The notes under the pieces are model-generated. The model worked only from the letters and a program-made list of their open reading frames with translations. It made no database searches and was not told where the DNA came from. Positions 39,573-50,037 of a DNA stretch of 64,000 nt are shown here, one piece after another. Location of the stretch: NCBI GenBank assembly GCA_964202905.1, contig CAXNJO010000003.1, forward strand, positions 64,001 to 128,000. The letters run 5' to 3'. Made by a program: the position numbers and the translations under genes. The DNA comes from Polyangiales bacterium. GTDB lineage: Bacteria > Myxococcota_A > Polyangia > Polyangiales > JADJQN01. How positions within the stretch are numbered: the stretch's first letter is position 1; each line of letters opens with the position of its first letter.

Positions 39573-41453
39573 TCAGCGCCAGTCGCCGCGCAGGGCGCGG
39601 ACGTCGGCTTCGAGGCGGGCGGCGTCGGCGTCGGCGGGCGCGACCGTCGCGCCGACGACGAGCTCGATGTGCGACCAGAAGCGGCGCGGGCGCTTGGCCA
39701 TCGCCACGCCGCCGCGGCGGCTGAACCAGCTGCCCCAGAGGCCGCGCAGCGCCATCGGGATCACGGGCACGGGGCTCTTCGCGAGGATGCGGTCGACGCC
39801 CGGGCGGAAGGGCGCGATCTCGCCGTCGCTCGTGAGGCCGCCCTCGGGGAAGATGCAGACGAGCTCGCCCTCGGCGAGCGCCTGCTCGATGGCGACGAAG
39901 GCGCGCTCCATCAGCGCTTCATCCTCCTTGCGGCCCGCGATGGGGATGGCCTTCGCCGTGCGGAACACGAAGTTGAGCACAGGAATCGCGTAGATCTTGT
40001 AGTAGGTGACGAAGCGGATGGGGCGGCGTGACGCCGCCGCGAGGATCAGCGCGTCGACGAAGCTGATGTGGTTGCAGACGAGCAGCGCCGCGCCCTCCTC
40101 GGGGATCCGCGCTTCGTGCACCACGCGCAAGCGGTAGATCGTGTGCATCAACAGCCACACGAGAAACCGCATCAAGAACTCGGGCAGCAGCGTGTAGATG
40201 TAGATCGCGACGAGGGCATTGCCGATCGCGGCGACGAGGAACACCTGCGGAATCGAGAGGCCGAGCGGGCCGAGACACACGATCCCCACACCGGCCGCCG
40301 CGACCATGAAGAGCGCGTTGAGGATGTTGTTGCCCGCGATGATGCGGGAGCGCTTCGCCGGGTCGCTGCGGTGCTGGATGATCGCGTTGAGCGGGACGCT
40401 GTAGAAGCCGCCGAAGACGCCAATCAACGCGAGATCGAGCAGCCAGCGCCAGCTCCCCGGCGCCGCGATCACCGCGAGCGGGCCGAGCTCCACGGAGGGG
40501 CGAGCGTGCCATTGCGTCGCGACGAAGAGATCGAGCGCGAAGAGCGTCATGCCGATCGAGCCGAAGGGCACGAGGCCGAGCTCGACGCGCCGGCCCGAGA
40601 GGCGCTCGCAGAGCAGCGAGCCGATGCCGACGCCGAGCGAGAAGACGACGAGCAGCAGCGTGACGACGGCGGGCGTGCCGTGGAGCACATCCGCGACGAA
40701 GCCCGGCAATTGCGCGAGAAAGAGCGCGCCGAAGAACCAGAACCAGGAGTTGCCAAGCACCGAGAGAAAGACCGCGCGCCGCTCGTGCGTGAAGCGGATC
40801 GCGCGGACCGTCTCGCCGACGAAGTTCGGGCTGATGCGCAGCTCGGGCACCGCGGACGGCACCGCCGGCACCCCGCGGCTCGTCGCGTAGCCCGCGAGCG
40901 CGAAGCCCACGAGCGCGACGCAGACGACGGTTGTGCCCCAACCGGGGATCGCGATGAGCGTGCCGCCGAGCATCATCCCGCCGAGGATCGCGACGTACGT
41001 GCCCATCTCGACGAGGCCGTTGCCGCCGACGAGCTCCTCCTCGCGCAGCAGATTCGGCAACACCGCGAACTTCACCGGCCCGAAGAGGGCTGATTGCGCG
41101 CCGATGCAGAAGAGCACGCCGAGCAGCAGCAGCCCGCTGCCGAGGTAGAAGGCCGCGCACGCGACGAGCATCAGCGCGACCTCGAGCAGCTTCGTCGCGC
41201 GAATGAGGCGCGATTTCTCCATCTTCTCGGCGAGCTGACCGGCCGTCGCGGAGAAGAGGAAGAAGGGCAGCACCAACATCCCCGACGCGAGGTTCACGAG
41301 CAGATCGCGCGAGAGCGGCACGTCGCGCGGCGGCGTGAGCGTGAAGAGGATGATCAGCGCGTTCTTGAAGAGGTTGTCGTTGAAGGCGCCGAGGAACTGG
41401 GTCCAGAAGAAGAACGCGAAGCGGCGCTCCCCGAGCAGCTTTCCTTGCGACAT
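39573..41453 (-). CDS. MFS transporter (LplT-like) fused to a PlsC-type acyltransferase
   Basis: TQFLGAFNDNLFK; many TM helices; NHISFVD, IFPEG. Confidence 0.92.
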   Translation of the reverse strand: MSQGKLLGERRFAFFFWTQFLGAFNDNLFKNALIILFTLTPPRDVPLSRDLLVNLASGMLVLPFFLFSATAGQLAEKMEKSRLIRATKLLEVALMLVACAAFYLGSGLLLLGVLFCIGAQSALFGPVKFAVLPNLLREEELVGGNGLVEMGTYVAILGGMMLGGTLIAIPGWGTTVVCVALVGFALAGYATSRGVPAVPSAVPELRISPNFVGETVRAIRFTHERRAVFLSVLGNSWFWFFGALFLAQLPGFVADVLHGTPAVVTLLLVVFSLGVGIGSLLCERLSGRRVELGLVPFGSIGMTLFALDLFVATQWHARPSVELGPLAVIAAPGSWRWLLDLALIGVFGGFYSVPLNAIIQHRSDPAKRSRIIAGNNILNALFMVAAAGVGIVCLGPLGLSIPQVFLVAAIGNALVAIYIYTLLPEFLMRFLVWLLMHTIYRLRVVHEARIPEEGAALLVCNHISFVDALILAAASRRPIRFVTYYKIYAIPVLNFVFRTAKAIPIAGRKEDEALMERAFVAIEQALAEGELVCIFPEGGLTSDGEIAPFRPGVDRILAKSPVPVIPMALRGLWGSWFSRRGGVAMAKRPRRFWSHIELVVGATVAPADADAARLEADVRALRGDWR

Positions 41454-41508
41454 GGCCCCTCCGCTCTACCGCGGCGCGCAGCGCGGGCGCAATGATATCG
41501 TCGCGCGC

Positions 41509-42063
<555 letters not shown>

Positions 42064-42497
42064 CGCGCGCGAGTCCTGCGACGAGCGCCTCGCACGCGGA
42101 GGCATCCCGCGTCTCCGCACACTGGGCCGAGAGCACGCCCGCCCACGGCCCCGAAGAGAGCAGCAGATGCACGCGCCCGCACCGCGCGAGCAGGCGCGTG
42201 CTCGGCTCGCGCGGCGTGTGCAACACACAGCCGCGGACCCGCGCAGCCCGTGCGAGCGCCGCGTGCGTCGCAGGCTCGTCCGGGAGCGCGGTGCGAACGA
42301 GGGGCGTCGCGGGGGGCCGCCCGGCGGCGATTCCCCCGCAGGCCGCCGACACGCCGACGAGCGCGAGCAAGAGCCAGAGCGAGCGAGACTGCGCGCCCGG
42401 TGCGCGGCGCGCAGCGCGCATGACGGCTCCGTCCATGGCGCGCGAGCCTACACGATCGCGTTCGCGCCGACGGGCGGCGCGTCCCATACTCGCGCGC

Positions 42498-43697
42498 GTG
42501 TCGATCGCCACCGAACCCGCGCTCGGCGTCCCGCGCGAGGAGTGCCCGACGTGTCGGCGCCCGCGCGTCGTCTGCTACTGCGCGCACATCGTCCCCATCA
42601 CGACGCAGACGCGCGTCGTCATGGTGCAGCACCGTCGTGAACGCGACATGCCCATCGGCACGCTGCGCATGGCCGAGCTCGCATTGCCGAACTCCGCGGT
42701 GTTCGTGGGCGTCGACGGGCTCGACGACGACGCGCGCCTGCAGGCCGAGCTCGCGCGGCCGAATACCTATCTGCTCTTCCCCGGGCCGGACGCGATCGAC
42801 GTGAACGAGCTCGCCGCGCAGCGCCGCGACGGCGATGCGCCCATCACGCTGGTCGTCGTGGACGGCACCTGGTGGCAGGCGCGCAGCCTGCTCCGCAAGA
42901 CGCAGTCCCTCGCGGCGCTGCCGCAACTGCGCTTCACGCCACCGCGCCCGAGCGACTATCGGATTCGCAAGGAGCCCGCGGATCATTGCGTGTCGACGGT
43001 CGAGGCGATTGCCTATCTGCTCGGCGCGCTCGAGGGCGGGTTCGCGCGTTTCGAGCCGATGTTGCAGCCCTTCCGCGCGATGGTCGATGCGCAGCTGAAA
43101 TACGTCGCGGAGCGGCGCGGCGGGCCGTCACGACACGCCGTCTCCCGGGAGAAGCGCGCGGCGCGGCCCACGCTCGACGCCCGGCTGCGCGCGCGGATGG
43201 ACGACCTCGTGTGCGTCCACGCCGAGGCCAACGCCTGGCCCACGGCCGACGGCAAGGGTCACGACGCCGAGCTCATCCATTGGTGTGCGGTTCGACCGGG
43301 CCACGGCGAGCGTTTCGAAGCGGTGCTCGCGCCACGTCGACCGCTCTCGCCCGCGACGCTGCGTCATACCCTGCTCGACGAAGCGTGGTTTGCAGACGGC
43401 GAGTCGCTCGATGCCATGAAGGCGCGCTGGCAGGCCTTCCTGCGGCCCACCGACATCCTCGTGACGTGGGGCGGATTCGCCACCGGGCTCGCGAACCAAG
43501 ATGAGATTCCGCTCCCTGCGGAGCGGCTCGATCTGCGCCACGCGACGACGCGACTCGCGGGCGCGCGCCCCGGTGGTCAGGAGGCCTGGCTCGCAAAGCG
43601 CGGTGTCGCGGAGCCACCCGCGATGGGCACAGGGCGCGCCGGAGAGCGCGTGGCGCAGCTCGTGGCGATTGCTCGCGATCTCGCGGATCCGCCCTGA
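42498..43697 (+). CDS. DTW-domain tRNA-uridine aminocarboxypropyltransferase (TapT-like) with extra C-terminal domain
   Basis: CPTC..CYC, QH..E, DGTW, YRIRKEP..STVEAI. Confidence 0.88.
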   Translation: MSIATEPALGVPREECPTCRRPRVVCYCAHIVPITTQTRVVMVQHRRERDMPIGTLRMAELALPNSAVFVGVDGLDDDARLQAELARPNTYLLFPGPDAIDVNELAAQRRDGDAPITLVVVDGTWWQARSLLRKTQSLAALPQLRFTPPRPSDYRIRKEPADHCVSTVEAIAYLLGALEGGFARFEPMLQPFRAMVDAQLKYVAERRGGPSRHAVSREKRAARPTLDARLRARMDDLVCVHAEANAWPTADGKGHDAELIHWCAVRPGHGERFEAVLAPRRPLSPATLRHTLLDEAWFADGESLDAMKARWQAFLRPTDILVTWGGFATGLANQDEIPLPAERLDLRHATTRLAGARPGGQEAWLAKRGVAEPPAMGTGRAGERVAQLVAIARDLADPP

Positions 43698-43743
43698 ATC
43701 ACGGCGCCCCGCGCGAATCCCACGCTCGGTGCGTGGGATTGCC

Positions 43744-45507
43744 TCAAGGCATCTGGCGGCGGAAACGGAAGCGCGGCCAGAGCGTCTGTCCGGGCACGCT
43801 GCGCGTCGTGAACTCGATGGTCAGCACATCGCCCTCGATGCCCCAGTCGAACCCCGCGCGGCCGCCCACGGGACACGTCGCGTCGGCTGCGACGGGCGAG
43901 CTGCTCGCGTCGAAGGGCACGGCGAACGTATTCTGCGACGGCTCGCCGAAGCGCGTCCCGCTCTCGGAGAGCACGATCGTGTCCTGCGCGAGATCGTAGA
44001 CGAGCGCGCCGCCACCCGTGACGACCTGCCCGCGCGCGAGCACGTACGTCTCCGCGAGATCGATGTTGCCGATCGGCGTGCCGACGCCGGTCACCGTGAA
44101 GTCGAGCGACTCGAGCACCCAACGCCCATCGGGCACCGGGCCCTGCGTGAGCGCGGGCGGCGCGGGGGCAACATTCCACATCCCGCGCACGAGCGGCGTC
44201 TCACCCGTCATGCCCGCAGGCAGGCACGCGCCCGGCGAATACGCAACATCCGTAGGCCGGTCGGCGGTGCCCTCGTCGCAGTAGCGCGCCTGGGGCGGCG
44301 GCGTCGCGTAGAGGAAGTTGAAACACATCTCGTCTTCGGTGTCCTCGCCGGAGCGCACCGTCGCGTCGCTCTCGTTCTCGAACACGCACGTCGTCTCGAT
44401 GACGTCGCCCGGCGCGAGGCGCTCGGGCAGCGAGTAGAAGAGCTGCGTCTCGAAGCTCCAGCCCGAGAGCGAGACGAGCGGCGTGCGCGTGCCCGACGCG
44501 CGGCGGATCGATTGCGTGAACTCGGACCCGCGCCGGTGCATGTGCGGCATCCCCGCGAAGAGCGTCGTCTCGGCGGGCACCGTGCAGCGGCTCGACGCGG
44601 GCGTGCGCTCGCGCGGCGGCAGCGAGAAGTTCGTCGGGCCGATCGCGATCATCCCGTATTCGGGGCCGGTCGTCGGGCCGAGGTAGAGACGCACGCCCGA
44701 CGAGTCGCGCAGCCCGTCGCGGCGCGCGCCGTTGTTGTAATGGATTTGCACGACGAAGCGCTCGCCCGGCGAGACACGCAGACCGCCCTCGGGGAACTCG
44801 AGCGCCGACTGACCGGGCGCCCACGCGTAGAGGTACTGCGAGCCAGGCGGCATGCCGCCGCCGCCATAACAGTCGTAATTGCCCGGCATCGTCTCGCGGT
44901 CGGTGTCGCGCAGCAGCACCACGTGGTGCAGCACCGAGGTCTCGTCGAAGAGCATCTCGAAGCGGCGCACGAAGCGGTCCGCGGGCACGTCCGCGTCGAA
45001 GACGAAACAGCGGTAGTCGTTGAGCGCGTCCGGCGCGACGACGTACTCGTCCGCGCGGAAGTCGAGCACGTCGAGCCCGGCGGGCGGGTCGTCGGGGGCG
45101 AGCAACGGCGGCGCACTCGCCACGAGCCCGGCCATCGGCGGCACATCCACCGTGCCGCACGACGCCCAGGCCGCGATCACATCGGCGTCGGCCTCGGGGA
45201 TGCGCGGCATACCGACCGGCGGCATCTCACCCGCGAAGAGGCGCTCGCCCATGAGATCGACGATGCGCGTCCCGCCCGGCCCCTGCGCGAGGAGCTCGAC
45301 GTGTTGCAGCAGCGAGAAGGGCGCGCCGAACGCGGGCGTCGCGCCATGGCACGAGCCGCAGTAGCGCTCGAGGCGCGGGCGCACCTCCGCCTCGTACGTC
45401 GCGAGGTCGGGCTGACAGGCCGGCGGCGGCGGCGGATCGTCCGCCGTGCAACCCGCGACGGAGACGAGGAGCGTGGCCGCGAAGGCACGGGACATTGCGC
45501 GCTTCAT
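43744..45507 (-). CDS. Lipoprotein: cytochrome c domain + copper type II ascorbate-dependent monooxygenase-like domain
   Basis: Lipobox VAGC; CGSCH..MPP; LHHVVL, QIHY, PHMH, DEMC. Confidence 0.85.
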   Translation of the reverse strand: MKRAMSRAFAATLLVSVAGCTADDPPPPPACQPDLATYEAEVRPRLERYCGSCHGATPAFGAPFSLLQHVELLAQGPGGTRIVDLMGERLFAGEMPPVGMPRIPEADADVIAAWASCGTVDVPPMAGLVASAPPLLAPDDPPAGLDVLDFRADEYVVAPDALNDYRCFVFDADVPADRFVRRFEMLFDETSVLHHVVLLRDTDRETMPGNYDCYGGGGMPPGSQYLYAWAPGQSALEFPEGGLRVSPGERFVVQIHYNNGARRDGLRDSSGVRLYLGPTTGPEYGMIAIGPTNFSLPPRERTPASSRCTVPAETTLFAGMPHMHRRGSEFTQSIRRASGTRTPLVSLSGWSFETQLFYSLPERLAPGDVIETTCVFENESDATVRSGEDTEDEMCFNFLYATPPPQARYCDEGTADRPTDVAYSPGACLPAGMTGETPLVRGMWNVAPAPPALTQGPVPDGRWVLESLDFTVTGVGTPIGNIDLAETYVLARGQVVTGGGALVYDLAQDTIVLSESGTRFGEPSQNTFAVPFDASSSPVAADATCPVGGRAGFDWGIEGDVLTIEFTTRSVPGQTLWPRFRFRRQMP

Positions 45508-45697
45508 CGCGCGACTCTAACGCCGTCCGCGCCATGGCGTACAGCGTGACGTGGCCGCCTCGTGTGACATCGCCCGACGCCGCGGGACGCGACGGCCCGC
45601 AGCGCCGTACCACGGCCCCATCCCGCGGTGCGCTCCACCGGCGCCAGGTCGCACGTCGTGCTGCCGCGACGCGCGCGGGCACGCTAGTCTCCGCCCC

Positions 45698-46096
45698 ATG
45701 ACCCACGAGCCGCCGCAGTCGTTCGAGGAGTTCTGGCCCTATTACGTCTCGCAGCATCTCCACCCCGTGAGCCGCGCGCTCCACGTGGTCGGCACGAGCA
45801 TCGGACTCGCGCATCTGCCGGCGGTCGCGGTGTTCCCGCCCGCGCTCGTGCCCGCGCTCGCGTGGGGCTACGGGCTCGCGTGGCTCGGGCACTTCGCCTT
45901 CGAGAAGAACCGCCCCGCCTCGTGGAACTCGGCGCAGCATCTCGCGTGGTCCTTCCGCGGCGACATGCGGATGGTCCGCTACACGTTCACCGGGCGCATG
46001 AAGGCCGAAGTCGACCGCGTGCACGACCGCCTCGCGGCCGAGGAGATCGAGGCCGCTGCGCCGGGCGCCTCGTCCTCGCCGACCGTCCACGCCTGA
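45698..46096 (+). CDS. DUF962 (Mpo1-like) membrane protein
   Basis: FEEFWPYYVSQH..SRALHVVGT..AWLGHFAFEKNRPA. Confidence 0.9.
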   Translation: MTHEPPQSFEEFWPYYVSQHLHPVSRALHVVGTSIGLAHLPAVAVFPPALVPALAWGYGLAWLGHFAFEKNRPASWNSAQHLAWSFRGDMRMVRYTFTGRMKAEVDRVHDRLAAEEIEAAAPGASSSPTVHA

Positions 46097-46100
46097 GCCG

Positions 46101-47019
46101 ATGAGCGCGCTTCCGCGCGACGCGCTCGGCCTCGCGCTGCGACCACCGCACCACGCCGCGCTCTTCGCGGAACCGCCCCCGCTCGCTTATCTCGAGGTGA
46201 TCAGCGAGAACTTCCTCGGCACAGCAGCGCTGCCGCGGGAGCGGCTGCTGCGCGCGCGGGAGCGATATCCGATCGTGCTCCACGGCGTGGGCCTCAACCT
46301 GCTTGGCCACGCGCCGCTCGACGAGCCTTACCTCGACTCGCTCTGCCGCCTCGCGGACCATGTCGACGCGCCCTTCGTCACCGATCACCTGTGTTGGACG
46401 GGCGCGCACGGCCTCTCACACCACGACCTCCTGCCCGGTGCCCTTCGTGCCCGAGCTGATCGAGCTCGCGGCGGAGCGCGCCGCCTACGTGCAACGACGT
46501 CTCGGTCGCCCGTTCGGGCTCGAGAATCTCTCGAGCTACGTAGATTTCACGCGCTCGACGATGACGGAGTGGGACTTCGTCTCGGCCGTCGTGCGCGAGG
46601 CGGGGTGCGGCCTCCTGCTCGACGTGAACAACGTCTACGTGTCGAGCCGCAATCACGGCTTCGACCCGGACGACTACCTGCGCGCCATCGACTTCTCGCG
46701 CGTCTTGCAAGTGCACGTCGCGGGACATTCGTGCGAGCCGGACGGCACGCTCGTCGACACCCACGATCATCCGGTCACGGACGACGTCTGGGCGCTCTAC
46801 GCGCGCGCTTGGCGGATGGGCGGCCCCTTCCCGACGCTGCTCGAGTGGGATGAGCGGATTCCGCCCCTCGACGAGGCGCTCGCCGTCCTCGCGCATGCCC
46901 GCGCCGCGCGCGAGGCCGCCGAGTCCCCGCAGACTGCGCCCGATCCCGCGCATCGCGACGCCTCGAGACTCCCCTTCTCGAATCCAGCGTTCGACGCGAA
47001 GAATCCCATGCTCCGATGA
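46101..47019 (+). CDS. DUF692 multinuclear non-heme iron oxidase (MNIO; MbnB/TglH/ChrH/BufB family), frameshift ~46435
   Basis: GLALRPPH, EVISENF, HGVGL, TDHLCW, LENLSSY, LLLDVNNVYV, HVAGH, DTHD, LLEWD; one extra C in ctgcccggtg. Confidence 0.92.
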
Positions 47020-48293
47020 GCGGATCCTCGACACCCGATTGGCTCGCCCATTTTCAGGCGGGATTCGGCGCGATACTGCGCGAGCCGCTCGATCGCGAGA
47101 CGGGCACGCTCACTGCGCGCGTCGACCGCTATGCGCCGGAGACCGTGCGCGAGATTCGCGACGCCGCGAACGCGAGCGCCGCCGCACGCCTCGCCGTCTA
47201 CAACCGCCAATACTGGTTTCGGCTGTTCAGTGTCTTGCACACGGCCTATCCACTCACGACACGCCTGCTCGGTGCGTGGCGTTTCAACACGCTCGCGCAG
47301 GCCTTTCTGAGCGCCCACCCGCCGCGCACGTGGACGCTCGACGATGTCCCCGAGGGCTTCGACGACGCCCTGCCCGCGCTGCTCGGCGACGACCCCCGTC
47401 GCGAGGTGCTCTCCGAAGCCGCGCGGCTCGACGCGCACTGGCGCCGCCTTTTTCACGCGCCCGACGTCGCGCCCTTTCGCCCTGGCCCCGCCGACGCCGC
47501 GCGCCTGCCCGACGCGCGCCTGATCCCATCACCCCGCGTCGCGTTGTGGCGTGAACGCACGGCACTGCTCGCGCTGCGCCTCCAACTCCCGCCCGGGCTC
47601 GACCGTCCGCTCGCGCTCCCGTCTGCGCATCCCGCGAGCGCATGGTTCGCGCTCTGCGCAGAGCCAAATGGCATTCGCGCGCTGCCGCTCGACCCGCGCG
47701 AGGGCGCGCTGCTCGCGCTGCTCGCGCGACATCCAGTGCGGGACGCGCTCGCGCTCCTCGAGGCGGAGTGCGCCTGCCGAGCGAGCGCGACTGCCCTCCC
47801 CGCGAAGACACAGCGCTGGCTCGCGCAGAGCGTCGCGCGGGGGTTCTGGGCGGGATTCGCGGACGGCGCCGCCCAATCCCACGCTCACGGGATGACGCAG
47901 GTATATCCGGTGCAGGTGTTGAGGCCGGCGCCTCGCCTCAGGCCGCGTGCCCGCTCACAGCGCTCGACGGGCAAGATGGCTGAGCGCCGCAGCCGATTGC
48001 ACCGACGCGCGACCGACATCGCAGGCGATGTTGAGAAGGTTCGAGACAGCGGAACAGAGGACGTAGGCGACGATCCCCGCCGCCATGGCTGGGATGCCAA
48101 CCAACCATCCGCCTCGTTCTGCGAACAGCAACGACGCCAGCCCGAATCCCACTCCCACGAAGAGATTGACCCATGCAGCCGCCACGAGGAGATTCGCAAC
48201 GAAGTGGGCGTGGGCATAGGTCGGGACAGAAGGTTCGACGTACTCGGAATCATCACGCGCGGAGGAGAAGGGAGCAGGAACGCGACGCGCTGA
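47016..48293 (+). CDS. DUF2063 (HvfC/BufC-like) MNIO partner protein
   Basis: ATGA overlap with DUF692; RLAVYNRQYWFRL..L...YP....LG...F. Conserved part ends ~47870; the rest reads through into the insert. Confidence 0.85.
   Translation: MSGSSTPDWLAHFQAGFGAILREPLDRETGTLTARVDRYAPETVREIRDAANASAAARLAVYNRQYWFRLFSVLHTAYPLTTRLLGAWRFNTLAQAFLSAHPPRTWTLDDVPEGFDDALPALLGDDPRREVLSEAARLDAHWRRLFHAPDVAPFRPGPADAARLPDARLIPSPRVALWRERTALLALRLQLPPGLDRPLALPSAHPASAWFALCAEPNGIRALPLDPREGALLALLARHPVRDALALLEAECACRASATALPAKTQRWLAQSVARGFWAGFADGAAQSHAHGMTQVYPVQVLRPAPRLRPRARSQRSTGKMAERRSRLHRRATDIAGDVEKVRDSGTEDVGDDPRRHGWDANQPSASFCEQQRRQPESHSHEEIDPCSRHEEIRNEVGVGIGRDRRFDVLGIITRGGEGSRNATR
47884..47931. repeat. 48-bp direct repeat, left copy
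   Basis: ctcacgggatgacgcaggtatatccGgtgcaggtgttgaggccggcgc; 47/48 identical to 51806-51853. Confidence 0.95.
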
Positions 48294-48416
48294 TTGTCCA
48301 CCTGTCGCCCGCGTTGATTGCACTCCGCCGAACGCCTGCACATCCGATGAACCGCAGTGGCCGCAGGCAGAGCCTCGATCCGCCAACATCGCCTGACAAT
48401 TTCCACACACGTACAT
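47955..48416 (-). CDS. Zinc-ribbon membrane protein
   Basis: MYVCGNC..CGHC followed by two TM helices. Confidence 0.6.
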   Translation of the reverse strand: MYVCGNCQAMLADRGSACGHCGSSDVQAFGGVQSTRATGGQSARRVPAPFSSARDDSEYVEPSVPTYAHAHFVANLLVAAAWVNLFVGVGFGLASLLFAERGGWLVGIPAMAAGIVAYVLCSAVSNLLNIACDVGRASVQSAAALSHLARRAL

Positions 48417-48516
48417 CCCAAGGTCTCCCTTCACGACGACAATTCCGGTCGCCTGCATAACCACAACTCACATAAAACCAAATCTTAACCACCGACTCGC
48501 GCTAGGGTCTATTTCG

Positions 48517-49953
48517 GGCACTCCACCCGGTTTGATGGGTTCACAACAGGTGCTCATGCGTGACGTGGTGTGAGCACAAGGCCCGAGCAACAAAGGTAGA
48601 GCGTCGCGATGAGAGCGGTCGCGGAGTGGAAGCCGAAGGCTCGTTTCGTGATGACTCTGGCCTTCCCGTTGAAGCCCTCGCTGCGCCCGTTCGAGATGCC
48701 AGTGCGGATGTACGCGATTATGCCTTCGAGGTGTTTGCGGATCGTCTTGCCGACTCTCACGAAGGGCTTGAGCTGCGAGCGCGTGGCCCAGTCGATCCAG
48801 TTCTCGAGCCTGCGTTCGGCATCGTCTACCGTGGCCGTGCTCAAGATCCACGCGAGCATCGTCTTGAGCATGTAGGCGCGGTAGAGCGGCGCATTGGTCA
48901 CCATCACCGTCGATATCCGTTCGGTGTCCTTCGGCGTGTGGTTCACCTCGTTGCGGTGGAGCGAGTAGCGCGTGTTCTTCACGGCCTTGCCCTCCGGAGT
49001 GTTCTTCAGCTCGTGGACGATCTCGCGTCGAACTTCGTCCAGCGCGTCGTGAGCCAGCCGCTGCACATGGAAGCGGTCGAATACGATCACCGCGTTCGGC
49101 GCGTTCTTCTTGATCGCCGCCTCGTACGCGGCCGACATGTCGATCGAGACAAACTCGAGCTTCGCGGCGCGAACAGAGCCCAAGTCCCCGAAAAACTGGT
49201 CGACCGTTGCACCGCTGCGTCCTTCGCTCGCCCAGACGAGTCGGCCGCGGTCGTGGTCCACGACGACGCTAATGTACTTGTGGCCCTTGCGGTACGAGAG
49301 GTCGTCGAGCCCGATCGCGCGCAGCCCGTCGAGCAAGTCGCCGCCGGCGCGGAGCAGACGAGCGACCACGCGCGAGATGATGTTGCCGACGGTGTCCCAC
49401 GAGATGCGCATGTCCCGTGCGACGCGCGTCCGATCCGCACCTTGCGCCTTGTAGGCCACGAGCTCCTCGAAGTCCGACGTGTGCCAGGCCGCGTGCTCCG
49501 CCCACGGCACGCGCTCGGTCGTGGGGCCGCACTGTTGGCAATCGACACGGGCCAGTCGGTAGCGGAGGTACACCCGCGTCTCGCCGAGATCCGTGTGCCG
49601 CCATTGTCGCACTCGATGGTCATAACCTCGCCTGCAACGCCGCCCACAGGAGCCGCAGCACGACGTCCGTGTCGTCGGCTTCACGTCAAGCACGAGCGTC
49701 TGCCGGTCGGCGCTCAGCTCGAACGCGATCACGACCGTGTGTTGGGGGTGGAGTCGTGATAGCGAACGGAGTAGCGTGGTGGCGCGCATCGGGCCTCGAT
49801 GTGGTTGGCGTAGAGAACCAAACCGTACCGCGGTCCGTGCGCACCAAGTACGCCGTCATGCTGATGGCCATATCACGCGAATTGCCCTTCTCTCGCCGCA
49901 TCTTCTCGACCCAGAACCCGCTTTCGGAGCCCACGAAACCCAGTCGGAGAGCC
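48517..49953 (-). mobile_element. Complete ISL3-family insertion sequence with 8-bp target duplication
   Basis: TSD CTATTTCG at 48509-48516 and 49954-49961; imperfect terminal IRs ggcactccacccggtttgatgggttc / (rc) ggctctccgactgggtttcgtgggctc. Confidence 0.9.
48554..49789 (-). CDS. ISL3 family transposase
   Basis: Zn finger CGSC..CQQC, AIGLDD, SIDM, DRFHV, SNGRSEGFNGK..KRAFGF. Confidence 0.95.
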   Translation of the reverse strand: MRATTLLRSLSRLHPQHTVVIAFELSADRQTLVLDVKPTTRTSCCGSCGRRCRRGYDHRVRQWRHTDLGETRVYLRYRLARVDCQQCGPTTERVPWAEHAAWHTSDFEELVAYKAQGADRTRVARDMRISWDTVGNIISRVVARLLRAGGDLLDGLRAIGLDDLSYRKGHKYISVVVDHDRGRLVWASEGRSGATVDQFFGDLGSVRAAKLEFVSIDMSAAYEAAIKKNAPNAVIVFDRFHVQRLAHDALDEVRREIVHELKNTPEGKAVKNTRYSLHRNEVNHTPKDTERISTVMVTNAPLYRAYMLKTMLAWILSTATVDDAERRLENWIDWATRSQLKPFVRVGKTIRKHLEGIIAYIRTGISNGRSEGFNGKARVITKRAFGFHSATALIATLYLCCSGLVLTPRHA

Positions 49954-50037
49954 CTATTTCGGTCCCCGCGAGGCGAACAACAGGTGCACGACCACGATCA
50001 GTGCGTGTGGTCGCGCTCGTCCGTGGCGCGCTTTGCT

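Noticed and set aside
46430..46440. Programmed frameshifting in DUF692, ggt or the candidate precursor
   Set aside because: No slippery heptamers; indels are scattered across unrelated genes, consistent with sequencing error.
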